A program made the position numbers and the translations under genes. The notes beneath the pieces were generated by a model. The model made no database searches. It was not told the DNA's origin and was given only the letters and a program-made list of their open reading frames with translations. From Oligoflexia bacterium (GTDB taxonomy: Bacteria > Bdellovibrionota > UBA1018 > CAIMNF01), in the NCBI GenBank assembly GCA_903858975.1, contig CAIOKW010000014.1, positions 1 to 33,039 on the forward strand: DNA of 33,039 nt, in the 5' to 3' direction. Below, one piece after another: positions 1 through 9,000 of the stretch. Within the stretch, counting starts at the first letter, position 1; every line of letters starts with the position of its first letter.

Positions 1-791
1 TGGGCATACTGTCGATTGAGGAGTGTGGTCGTGCTAAAAAATGGGACTCCAAGTCTTAACCAGTAGACCTGTAAAATCAAAAACAAACCAAAATAGAGTA
101 CCCCCAAACCCACGGGCGCTCGGCCCGAGTGAAGGGCGCCCTCGAGGGGGATCACACTCCCCAAAATAATCAAGAACGCCATCAAAATAAGACCCAATTG
201 GCTTCCCGAGTACTTTGGAATCAACACCATCCAATCGCTCATGAAAATAGACCCGAGCAAGTGGGTTGCCAGAACATAAAACAGGGAGAGGACCACCGCC
301 CAAACCCCAAACATCAGCGTTCTTTGTCGGATGAGTCGCACCCAGTTTTGACTCTTTTTAGATTCAATTAAAATGAGGCTGGTGGAACAGAAGTACATCC
401 CAAGAGCCGCACCCAGAAAGAGGACTAGATTATTTGCCTGAAACAAAATCGAAATAAAGAGAGCATTAAACACAAGAAAGAGACTTGTATTTTGCTGATC
501 ACGAACGCTCAATTCCCGGTGGAAATAAAACAAGAGCCCAAAAATTGCTAGGGACCCAAGTGAAAGCAAGCGTCCAAAATAAGACAAGGAATCTGAATAG
601 AGAACCTGAAGTGGGGATTCAAAAAATGCAAGATCCGTTCTAAACGTGAAATAAACGAGTATCGCAGCAATCGCGGGGGAAAGAATCAGTGCCAAGGCCT
701 TCAGGCTCAGCACTCGAAAATTGACAACGACGAGAGATACAAACAAACACCCGATCAAACTAATTTCGGGCAGCCAATTTAATAGAGTCAC
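1..791 (-). CDS. NuoN-like membrane protein, highly divergent; 3' end runs off the window (not in ORF track)
   Basis: Manual translation from GTG at 791 (GTGA overlap with upstream stop) is open to position 1: MTLLNWLPEISLIG...YSDSLSYFGRLL...QANNLVLFLGAALGMYF.... The 'LPEI' N-terminus and 'ANNL..F' segment resemble NuoN, and it is last in nuo gene order. Confidence 0.65.
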   Translation of the reverse strand, partial: MTLLNWLPEISLIGCLFVSLVVVNFRVLSLKALALILSPAIAAILVYFTFRTDLAFFESPLQVLYSDSLSYFGRLLSLGSLAIFGLLFYFHRELSVRDQQNTSLFLVFNALFISILFQANNLVLFLGAALGMYFCSTSLILIESKKSQNWVRLIRQRTLMFGVWAVVLSLFYVLATHLLGSIFMSDWMVLIPKYSGSQLGLILMAFLIILGSVIPLEGALHSGRAPVGLGVLYFGLFLILQVYWLRLGVPFFSTTTLLNRQYA

Positions 792-1771
792 TTGATACCG
801 CCCATCCAATAAAATCCAATTCCTGAACAAATCTGGACTGCCACCACCAACCAGAAACGAACCTTAAGTCGAAGGGTCGCAACTGAAGGCTGGTAACTTT
901 GATACGCAATCAATGTAATGGCTTGTAAGAAATAGCCGGCTAAGAGCACAGAGAGCCAAACGAGATTCAAGGAGATCGCCATTTTAGCCGCGAAAAAAAT
1001 GGCCGTAAAACCAACTAAGCCCGGTAACCCCAAACAAGCTACTTTTGAGAACGCATGATAGCGGGGACCCATTTGAGCTGCAAGTCCCATCAGGGACAGT
1101 GAGCTGACGATCGATACTGAAATTGCGGCAAAGGTCACTTTACCGAGCGCCTCGTTATCAATCATCAAAATAAAGAGCGCAAGTCCAACCCCCGCCAAGG
1201 AAAGATAGATGATCGAGGACTTCATGCGCTGGCGCAAAAAAGCCATCAAGCTTGAATAAATGTAAGTAAAAATTCCGAGCACCGATAGCGCAACGTCCCA
1301 GAGCTGCGCGTTTTCTATTTTCATTTCAGGTCTAATCTTTAAAAGAATCTCAATTCCCACCAGAGATGGAATCACCGCTGCCCCCATAAATGAGGACAGT
1401 GTCAAACGCTCATAATAGCGGTTGAAAAAAAGAACGTGTGGGCCTGTCGGCAATGAAATCAATACTCCCAAGAACATGAGCACGCGAGAAGCTGGCTCAT
1501 CTCCCATCGCCGCCCCCAGAATGGCGCAAAAGATTCCTAGAAAGCTAATAAAGAATTTTTTTTGCACCAAAGGATTACTTGCACGTCTCGCGCCCAAAGT
1601 AGACTGAATGAATGCAACCATGTTTAGAGTTAAAAGCAACAATAGACTCATTGGAATCGACTTTGAAAAGAACACAAGTGCTGCAATCAACACCGACAAC
1701 CAAGATTGAGGCGCTAGGCTCAAGGCCCATGAGGCAGCAACACAAGTACCCAATAAGTTGAGCTCCATCAT
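788..1771 (-). CDS. NuoM-like (antiporter-like) membrane protein, divergent and shortened (~327 aa)
   Basis: Polytopic membrane ORF. 'ACLGLPGLVGF' matches NuoM 'SLGLPGxxGF', and 'AFLRQRMKSSIIYLS' matches 'AxxQxDxKRLIAYSS'. Start moved to ATG 1771 (ATGA overlap with upstream gene). Confidence 0.65.
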   Translation of the reverse strand: MMELNLLGTCVAASWALSLAPQSWLSVLIAALVFFSKSIPMSLLLLLTLNMVAFIQSTLGARRASNPLVQKKFFISFLGIFCAILGAAMGDEPASRVLMFLGVLISLPTGPHVLFFNRYYERLTLSSFMGAAVIPSLVGIEILLKIRPEMKIENAQLWDVALSVLGIFTYIYSSLMAFLRQRMKSSIIYLSLAGVGLALFILMIDNEALGKVTFAAISVSIVSSLSLMGLAAQMGPRYHAFSKVACLGLPGLVGFTAIFFAAKMAISLNLVWLSVLLAGYFLQAITLIAYQSYQPSVATLRLKVRFWLVVAVQICSGIGFYWMGGIK

Positions 1772-2616
1772 GATAGAAAGCCTCCACGTCCGATGAGAAT
1801 AAAAATACCAACACAAATCATGGTGCCTAAAACCACGTAGAACATTCGGTCAAAACCTGACTCGAGTGAGACCGAAGATGTCGCAGGCTCTCGCCCCTCC
1901 CAAACATCTCGATCTGATATCATCCGTCCACCCACCGTAAGTGCCTTCAACATATTGACTCTAAACGCTCGATAGGTTTTCAAAAATCCTTCATTACGCC
2001 ACTTCACCCATGCAAAGAGAGCCGCCACAATAAACACAAAAGAAGATGCCAGGATTACCAGCGAAGATTCTTCTGCCCACTTCTGAATATCCACATGGAA
2101 TCCAAAAAGGATCGCGAGCGTACAGACTGCCTCTAGGAAGGGCAGAATTTTTTGTTCGTGTTTGGCCTTAGACCATCTCAAGAGCTCTGCTGAAAACCAA
2201 TATACTCCAGCCCCTATGAGTGGAATCTCAAGTTGTTCTGGCTGAGGAAAATACTGTCTAAACAATACCAGTGCAGGAATGGTTCCCAGCATCCCGCCAC
2301 CAAAACTCATCGAAATGAGGATCACTCCCAATAGACCACTAAACTCCCTAAATGGCTCGGGTGAAATCGCTCCCATCATAATCAAAAAGAATCCAATAAA
2401 GTCCTTTAGTTGAATCCAAGCGGAAGCCTTCGAATCAATTCGGTGCCAGAGCACCAGACCCGAAAATAAAATTGCTACGAGCGGCCCATGTAGCAATGAA
2501 CCCAAAAGAACCATGACAAATGGAAGAACCCTGCGCTCCCGAATGAGCCCAATGGCACTAAAAATAAAAAACAAGATTGTCGTCTGATCTAGGCGACTCA
2601 ACTCAAGATTCATCAT
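1768..2616 (-). CDS. Membrane protein in the NuoL position of the operon (~282 aa, about half of normal NuoL length)
   Basis: Multi-TM ORF with GGAGG upstream of ATG 2616. It ends in a long hydrophilic/amphipathic stretch and a final TM helix, reminiscent of the NuoL lateral helix plus TM16. Identity rests mostly on position. Confidence 0.45.
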   Translation of the reverse strand: MMNLELSRLDQTTILFFIFSAIGLIRERRVLPFVMVLLGSLLHGPLVAILFSGLVLWHRIDSKASAWIQLKDFIGFFLIMMGAISPEPFREFSGLLGVILISMSFGGGMLGTIPALVLFRQYFPQPEQLEIPLIGAGVYWFSAELLRWSKAKHEQKILPFLEAVCTLAILFGFHVDIQKWAEESSLVILASSFVFIVAALFAWVKWRNEGFLKTYRAFRVNMLKALTVGGRMISDRDVWEGREPATSSVSLESGFDRMFYVVLGTMICVGIFILIGRGGFLS

Positions 2617-2842
2617 GATCGATTTGAACCTCCCCACGGGAAATGGCAAGTTGCGCCACTGCTAGAATTGCGAACAAAAAGACAGCCGTTGAGATGACGC
2701 TTTCTTCAGAAAAGCGGGCACCCACAATTCCAAGAATCGAGAGCGACACTCGCAATACGGCACCCGCGAAGTCAAGGGCATCGCCCGCAATGAATAAGGT
2801 ATAGAGTGAAAAAGTAAGGAGAAGCACGCCTAGAATAATCAT
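2603..2842 (-). CDS. NuoK-like small 3-TM membrane protein, divergent
   Basis: 79 aa with three hydrophobic segments. 'FAILAVAQLAIS' resembles NuoK TM3 'xxxAAAEAAVG'. ATGA-coupled to the upstream gene and in the NuoK position. Confidence 0.5.
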   Translation of the reverse strand: MIILGVLLLTFSLYTLFIAGDALDFAGAVLRVSLSILGIVGARFSEESVISTAVFLFAILAVAQLAISRGEVQIDHDES

Positions 2843-3219
2843 CGCTTCCTCTTTTCTACCGCAACCCCAACCATCATCGCAGCAGAGAAAAGAGACACCA
2901 CGACCACCAGGGGGAGTAGGGAATCAAAAACAAATGGCTTGTCACTCCCCGTGGCCGGAGTTCCAGCATCCATTAAAAGAGGAGTCAGAGACACGCCCAA
3001 TAACACCGCAAGGACTGCCGCCTTTATTTTCTTTCCTGTCGTGATGGTTTGATCTGAACTACCCAGCAAAAACCTCACGCGAGAATTCTGAAACTGAATC
3101 AAAAGGCTCAACACCAATACTAAGACCCCTAAAAAGGGAACCTTCAAACAGAGAAATGCCGAGACCACTAAAAGGAAAACACCATCAAAAATTCGCAACT
3201 TAAAGGTCCCCTCTACCAA
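2839..3219 (-). CDS. Membrane protein in the NuoJ position, divergent
   Basis: 126 aa, about 4 TM segments, between nuoI and the nuoK-like gene, with a basic C-terminus. Assigned by position; start codon uncertain. Confidence 0.45.
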   Translation of the reverse strand: MVEGTFKLRIFDGVFLLVVSAFLCLKVPFLGVLVLVLSLLIQFQNSRVRFLLGSSDQTITTGKKIKAAVLAVLLGVSLTPLLMDAGTPATGSDKPFVFDSLLPLVVVVSLFSAAMMVGVAVEKRKR

Positions 3220-3592
3220 AACTCATTTTAAGATCCTTCACTTCAAACACCGCAGCCTGAACTTCCTTGGTTTGAATGAGAGAATTAGGTTCACAGACCT
3301 CAACGCAAAGACCACAAAAAATACATTTCGAAAAGTCGATGTCGAATCGAGAAACCCAAGGGCGATTGTTTCGCGCATTTACTTTTGCATCTACCTCGAT
3401 GCATGCCGAGGGACACACCTTTACGCAATCTCCACAGCCGGTGCATTTTTCAATTTCATTAAACAGGAGTCCGCGCGCTCGAGCAGGGAAGTCGTCTTTA
3501 CCTCGAGAAGATACCGGATCCGGATAGAACTCGGTGTCGATCTTTCGAGTTTCATTTTTATTGGTGAAATGACCTAAGATTTTCTTAAACAC
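3200..3592 (-). CDS. nuoI: NuoI-like 2x[4Fe-4S] ferredoxin subunit
   Basis: CTGCGDCVKVCP and CIFCGLCVEVCEP motifs, plus 'YP...FPARARG' and 'FDIDFSKC', typical of NuoI. GTG start 5 nt after GGAGG. Confidence 0.88.
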   Translation of the reverse strand: MFKKILGHFTNKNETRKIDTEFYPDPVSSRGKDDFPARARGLLFNEIEKCTGCGDCVKVCPSACIEVDAKVNARNNRPWVSRFDIDFSKCIFCGLCVEVCEPNSLIQTKEVQAAVFEVKDLKMSFGRGDL

Positions 3593-4382
3593 GCGCCCCT
3601 CCTGGCTCAAAGAGTGCGAAACCTAACATCGCAATCAACCAAAGTACTCCCGTAATCGGGAAGAGATACAGAATGCTGATTCGAAGGAGGTCTTTTTGGT
3701 GGAATCGTGGGAAGTAAATTCCACAGATGCGAAACCCTAGATAGAGAATCGTTGCCTTTAAGTGAAAATCAAAAAAGTATTCTCCGCCGCCCAAGAAGAG
3801 TTTCGCCGTTAGCATGGACCAAACGTAGAACCGCGCAGATTGGAGCCAGCCTTTTTTGTCGAGCATGCCTTGAAAGGGGTGCTCTCCAAAGAGGATCATC
3901 CCAGAAAGCTGAAAGGGAATAACGAACAATAACTGACCAAAATTCCAACTCACACTACTCATGTTCGTTGTTTTAGAAATCGTAAAACATCCAAACAGAC
4001 AAAGAATAGCAATAGCACTTGAAACCGCAAAACGAACCTGCTGCCCATCGGATTCAATTCGCTTCGTAACCTGGTTCTTTCCATGCGCCAAGGCAATGAG
4101 CAAATAACCGCTGACCGCGAGGTAAATAAAAATCAAGTAATCAAAATTGAGTGCGATTAAGCCAACAATTGACAACTGGAATGCATAAAGGATCCAAGTC
4201 GTTTTAGACTCGATGTTTTTAATTTCAAGTCTTGCATCCACCCAGGTTTGCCAAATGAAATTACGAAACGCGATTTGCTTTCCGACTCGAGACTCATGGC
4301 GAGCCACCATTCTTTCGCTCATGGCGTACATCAGAAAAGAAAGTGGAAAAATTGAGATGATGGCTAAAATGGCTGAAATCAT
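3585..4382 (-). CDS. nuoH: NuoH-like membrane subunit, divergent (265 aa)
   Basis: 'SERMVARHESRVG' resembles 'ERKxxAxxQxRxG'; also 'HPF', 'FPRFHQKDLL' resembling 'PRxRxDQL', and 'YLFP'. Located between nuoD and nuoI. Confidence 0.7.
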   Translation of the reverse strand: MISAILAIISIFPLSFLMYAMSERMVARHESRVGKQIAFRNFIWQTWVDARLEIKNIESKTTWILYAFQLSIVGLIALNFDYLIFIYLAVSGYLLIALAHGKNQVTKRIESDGQQVRFAVSSAIAILCLFGCFTISKTTNMSSVSWNFGQLLFVIPFQLSGMILFGEHPFQGMLDKKGWLQSARFYVWSMLTAKLFLGGGEYFFDFHLKATILYLGFRICGIYFPRFHQKDLLRISILYLFPITGVLWLIAMLGFALFEPGGARV

Positions 4383-5389
4383 CGATCAAGCTCCGGGATA
4401 GACAGCGACAGACTCTCGAGAATGATGGACACATCCTCGAGTGATTCTCCCTCGAGCGCCGGCGCGATTGCATTTTGAATAAGTTCGGACGGGGAGTGAG
4501 TCACCAGTGACTTCACCTTTAAATCTTGATCAAGCGATAGCTTCATTTTCCAAACTCCTCGCGCAGTTTCAAGCTCTAGGTTCGCGTCTCCGCCACGCCC
4601 CTGGCCCAGCGCCTGAAGATGCACGCTGGATTTTCTTTCTACCAAATGAGCCTCGATGGACTGGCTCATTTTCAAACAATGCTTCAGAGAATAAACCAAT
4701 CTCGACTCAACATGGCTTACCCGTCCGTATCGAGTGGTTTCAATCGAAGCCTCGCTGACAAAGCCGCAATCTCCAAGATCCACAATTTGCCCAAGCGTTC
4801 TCATTCGATTTTGAAAGGTATGCGTCCAACAAAAAAGGGCTTCAAGCCTAGCGTAGTCATTTTGGAAAGTCTTCACCCAGGTTTCAAGACGCTCTTGAAA
4901 TCCTTCCGTCAGATCGTAACGTGCGCCCCCTGGAACCAGATAATAGTAACCGTATCGGGAGCCCGTGAGGAGCTCAAGTAGATCAAGGAGAGACTCTCGA
5001 TGCTTTAAAACAGCATGAAATAGAATTTGAATTCCCATTCGATGCGCCATTTTCGCCAAGTATTTCAGCTGAAAATTAATCTCACTCAGATCACTCGTAA
5101 TGTCTCGAATCCACTCGATTCGATCGCTGACTTCCGTTTTTGTAATTTCTTCAACCGCCTCACTGAAGAGCCGATCAAGCAGCAGAGCACTTTCTGGCTC
5201 TAGGCGGCTCACTCTCAATTGAGCATCACGTATGGGTAAACCCTCTACGGTTTTCTCGATCAGGCGGCTAGCGAAACCAAACTGGGTTTCGACTTTTACA
5301 ATACGATCCCCGCTCATTCCTAAGCGAAGCTTCATGGGTCCAGGGAGCCATTCGTGAATAGGTCCAAGCTCAAGTGTTTCTTGAATCAT
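4379..5389 (-). CDS. nuoD: NuoD-like (49 kDa / NiFe large-subunit fold) subunit, divergent
   Basis: N-terminal 'LGPIH...G..RL...GD.I...GF..R.IEK', 'E.LTGSR......PGG..DL', 'E.ARG' and C-terminal 'ELDR'. No CxxC NiFe ligands. Confidence 0.85.
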   Translation of the reverse strand: MIQETLELGPIHEWLPGPMKLRLGMSGDRIVKVETQFGFASRLIEKTVEGLPIRDAQLRVSRLEPESALLLDRLFSEAVEEITKTEVSDRIEWIRDITSDLSEINFQLKYLAKMAHRMGIQILFHAVLKHRESLLDLLELLTGSRYGYYYLVPGGARYDLTEGFQERLETWVKTFQNDYARLEALFCWTHTFQNRMRTLGQIVDLGDCGFVSEASIETTRYGRVSHVESRLVYSLKHCLKMSQSIEAHLVERKSSVHLQALGQGRGGDANLELETARGVWKMKLSLDQDLKVKSLVTHSPSELIQNAIAPALEGESLEDVSIILESLSLSIPELDR

Positions 5390-5763
5390 TTTTGAACCTC
5401 ACGCAAAGACAAAATTCCATTCATAATCGCTTCGGGGCGGGGCGGACATCCGGTGACATAAATATCTACCGGAATTTTCTCGCTCGAATTCAAGGGGAAC
5501 AAGCCCCCTCCACATGCGCAGGTTCCTACAGCGATGACGTATTTAGGAGCTCGCATCTTTGCATAGAAGCTTTCCACTTCGGTCTGTAGGCTCGCGTTAA
5601 GGGTTCCCTGGATCACTAACAAATTGGCATCCTCTACCTGCTCGGCACGGATGCAACCCAGTCGCTCTAAATCGTAACGACTCGATTCCGTCTGAATCCA
5701 ATCGTCTCCACAGCAAGAGAGTCCAACACGAACGTATTTAAGGGTGGGTTTAAAGGTCTTCAT
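5386..5763 (-). CDS. nuoB: NuoB-like Fe-S (N2) subunit
   Basis: GLSCC, RYDLERLG, PKYVIAVGTCACGGG, VDIYVTGCPPRPEA. The tandem CC is complex I type. Confidence 0.92.
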   Translation of the reverse strand: MKTFKPTLKYVRVGLSCCGDDWIQTESSRYDLERLGCIRAEQVEDANLLVIQGTLNASLQTEVESFYAKMRAPKYVIAVGTCACGGGLFPLNSSEKIPVDIYVTGCPPRPEAIMNGILSLREVQK

Positions 5764-5974
5764 CGGAGTCTTTCTTCAAGTAGTTCTGCGTTGCCAAGAA
5801 GAATGACAAAAAGACTATCATCATGACCAAAATCGCGATTAAATAGGGGATGATCCGAATCTCACTGGAGATGAAAACCGGAAGGGCCATAAGCAGCGGA
5901 ATCCACAAGTAAAGAATCACTTGGGTTATCTGCGTGGTCTTGATCTCAAAGGGCAAAATTCTTTTCGGATCCAT
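5750..5974 (-). CDS. Small membrane protein in the NuoA position (~74 aa)
   Basis: Two TM segments; stop overlaps the nuoB start. Start moved to ATG 5974 to avoid a head-to-head overlap with mfd. Identity by position only. Confidence 0.45.
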   Translation of the reverse strand: MDPKRILPFEIKTTQITQVILYLWIPLLMALPVFISSEIRIIPYLIAILVMMIVFLSFFLATQNYLKKDSDEDL

Positions 5975-5985
5975 TTGTAATGAAA

Positions 5986-6015
5986 AGGCTACTTGAAAGT
6001 GAAAGGGTGAGTCAA
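5986..6015 (-). promoter_or_regulatory. Candidate sigma70 promoter for the nuo-like operon
   Basis: Minus strand TTGACT-N18-TAGCCT ending 11 nt before ATG 5974. Confidence 0.3.
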
Positions 6016-9000
6016 TGCCTGCCGATTCGCGTGAGATAAAATTATCTTCATCCCTAGCCCAAGCCTTCTCCACCTATCGATCTGCCACACAGCAAAAAAG
6101 ATCAATTCAGGTGATGCTTCTCCCTCGTACTGAGCAAATCGAGGAGCTTCAACTCTTGCTTCAGAGCTTTATTGATGCGGAACGAAATGAAGTGGCGCGC
6201 CCCATTGAGGTGTGCCTTTGGCCTGCCTGGGAACATTCGCCCTTTTCACCCGTGTCCTCGTCCATCACCCAAAAGACAGATCGACTTCGAACCTTATCGC
6301 TCCTCAGCAATCCTTCACCCTCCTTGATTATTCTTGCCTCTTTAGAGTCCTGGATCCAACCCACCCTTCCAAAATCAGCGTTTGATCAAGCCCAATTTGA
6401 AATTGAGCTCAATGACGATGCGGGCCTAAGGGATGTGCTTCGCCAAAGACTCAGGAACCTGGGTTATGTTCCCAGTGAACTCGTTCAAGAGCCGGGGCAG
6501 TTTGCATTTCGGGGTGAGATCTTGGATGTCTTTATTCCCACTCATCCCATGCCGGCTCGAATTGAGTTTTTTGATACCATTCCTGAAACCATTCGATTCT
6601 TTCATCCTGAGACTCAGCGCACACAAAAAACGGAAAAACCGCTCCAATCCATCCTCATCTCGCCAGCAGAAGAGGTCTTGTTTCCCTGGAACGAGCAGGG
6701 AAAAATCTTGGAGCGCATTAAGGAATATTGCGATCTAAATCAAATATCCAGGAAAGTTCGGGACCCGATATTTGAAAACGTTCGGAATGGCTTTCTTCCA
6801 GATCATTTTAGGACCTGGTTTCCATTCGTTTATGAAAACTTAGGTCATTTAAAGGACTACTTACCTGAAGATGCGGTATTAAGTGTTCTTGAGCCAGAAC
6901 AGATTCAATTAGAACTGACTCGAACCACTGAATTTTTAAAAAAAGAAGAAACCAAATACTCACAACCTTATTGGATCACACCTTCATTTGATCGCCTCTA
7001 TCCAGCCCTGAGCGCACTGATCGATCAAACCCTGAACCAGGCTCAGAGAATCGTCCGGGCTGCGCCTGAAGACTTAAAAGCAAAGGGACCTATTCCTTTT
7101 GACCCACTCCCTTCGGCAAGGGTGACTGAAAATGAAATTGAAGAGTGGCTAGAGGATGGTTTTAAAGTTTGGGTGGGAACTCGGGGGCTCACCCATCAAG
7201 AACGTCTTCGCTTTTCATTAAAAAAAGTCCAGAAGAACATTGGATTTAAGCTCTTAGGTTTTGATTCAGGGGAATCGTTTCAGTTTCTGACCGAGAAGCA
7301 AATCATTCTTTCAGAGACCGCAATCTTTGGTCAGGCACACCAACACTCCAAGCGCCCCAGTCAACCCAGGCATCCCAAATTTGAACAAACCGAGGGTCTC
7401 GACTTTCAACACCATCAAGATCTGGCGGTGGGTGATTTTGTGGTCCACTCCCTTCATGGGGTTGGAAAGTATGTGGGCCTCCAGGAATTAAAATCCGGAA
7501 ACAAACACCTCGGGGAATATCTTTTGATTGAGTATTCAGGAGGAGATAAGCTCTACCTTCCCGTCTATCGACTGAACACGATTCAGCGTTACGTTGCCTC
7601 TGGAGGAAGCGCTTCACTTGATAAGCTTGGGACGGGTCAATTTGAGAAAGCGAAGCAAAAAGCGCGCGAATCAGCTCGAAAACTCGCAATTAACTTGGTC
7701 GAGATTTACGCCAAACGCGCCCTATTAAAGGGGCCTCGTTTTGATCCGCCTGGCGACGAATACTATGAGTTTTGTGATCAATTTGAATTCACAGAAACCG
7801 AGGGTCAACTGAAGGCCATTCAAGATGTCCTGCAAGACCTAGAGGCCGGAAAACTACTCGATCGCTTGGTGTGCGGAGACGTCGGCTTTGGTAAAACTGA
7901 AGTCGCCATTCGAGCCGCCTTTCAGGCTGTTCAAAGTGGCCATCAGGTGGCACTCTTGGTGCCCACCACGCTCCTTGCGTTTCAGCACGAGCAATCATTT
8001 AAAAATCGAATGAAAGATTTCCCAATTCGAATTGAGTCGATTTCTCGATTTAAGACGAAAAAAATTCAGAATGAAACACTGAAGGAACTGAAAGAGGGAA
8101 AGATCGATATTTTGATTGGCACCCACCGCATACTTTCGAAAGACGTTGAGTGGAATCGCCTGGGTCTACTCATGATTGATGAAGAACATCGTTTTGGGGT
8201 TGAGCACAAAGAAAAAATTAAAGCCATTCAAGCAAATACCCACACTCTCACACTGACGGCGACACCGATTCCACGGACCCTCAACATGGCGATCAGTGGC
8301 CTTAAAGACATCAGCGTGATTAAGACACCTCCGACCAATCGACAGCCAATTAAAACCTACGTTTCAAGCTACTCCGAAGAACTCATCAAGGGCGCACTCG
8401 AGACCGAGCTTGCTCGTGGGGGGCAGATTTTCTACCTCTACAATCGTGTTCAAAGCATTCAGCACCAAGCCGACGAGATTCAAAAACTCGTTCCTCACGC
8501 AAAAGTGATTGTGGCTCACGGTCAAATGTCCGAAGCCGAAATTGAGTCCAAAATGCTTGAGTTTTATCAAGGCCAGGCTCAAATTTTGGTCTGTACCACA
8601 ATTATTGAATCCGGCATTGATGTCCCGAATGCTGGCACAATTCTCATTCATCGCGCCGACCAACTTGGACTCGCTCAGCTCTATCAAATTCGGGGTCGGG
8701 TGGGCCGAAGCCATCGTAAAGCGTTTGCCTATTTACTTGTGAATGATGAATCCACGCTCACTAATGACGCCAAGATGCGACTCGACGTCCTTCAGCGCTT
8801 TGTGGAACTCGGAAGTGGATTTCAAATCGCATCTTACGATTTAGAGATTCGTGGCGGTGGAAACTTCTTGGGTGGTGAACAGTCAGGACATGTGACTTCC
8901 GTAGGACTTGATCTCTTTACCGAGCTTCTGGAAGAGGCCATTCAAGAGCTCAAAGGACAAAAAATCGATGTGGAGGAACGTCATTTTGAGCCCGAAATTC

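Noticed and set aside
3200-5763. Group 4 [NiFe]-hydrogenase (Ech/Hyc/Hyf) interpretation
   Set aside because: The large subunit has no CxxC NiFe motifs, the small subunit has complex I-type tandem CC, and no maturation genes are nearby.
1-5974. Calling the nuo-like genes pseudogenes
   Set aside because: No internal stops or frameshifts are visible, start/stop coupling is preserved, and Fe-S ligands are intact.
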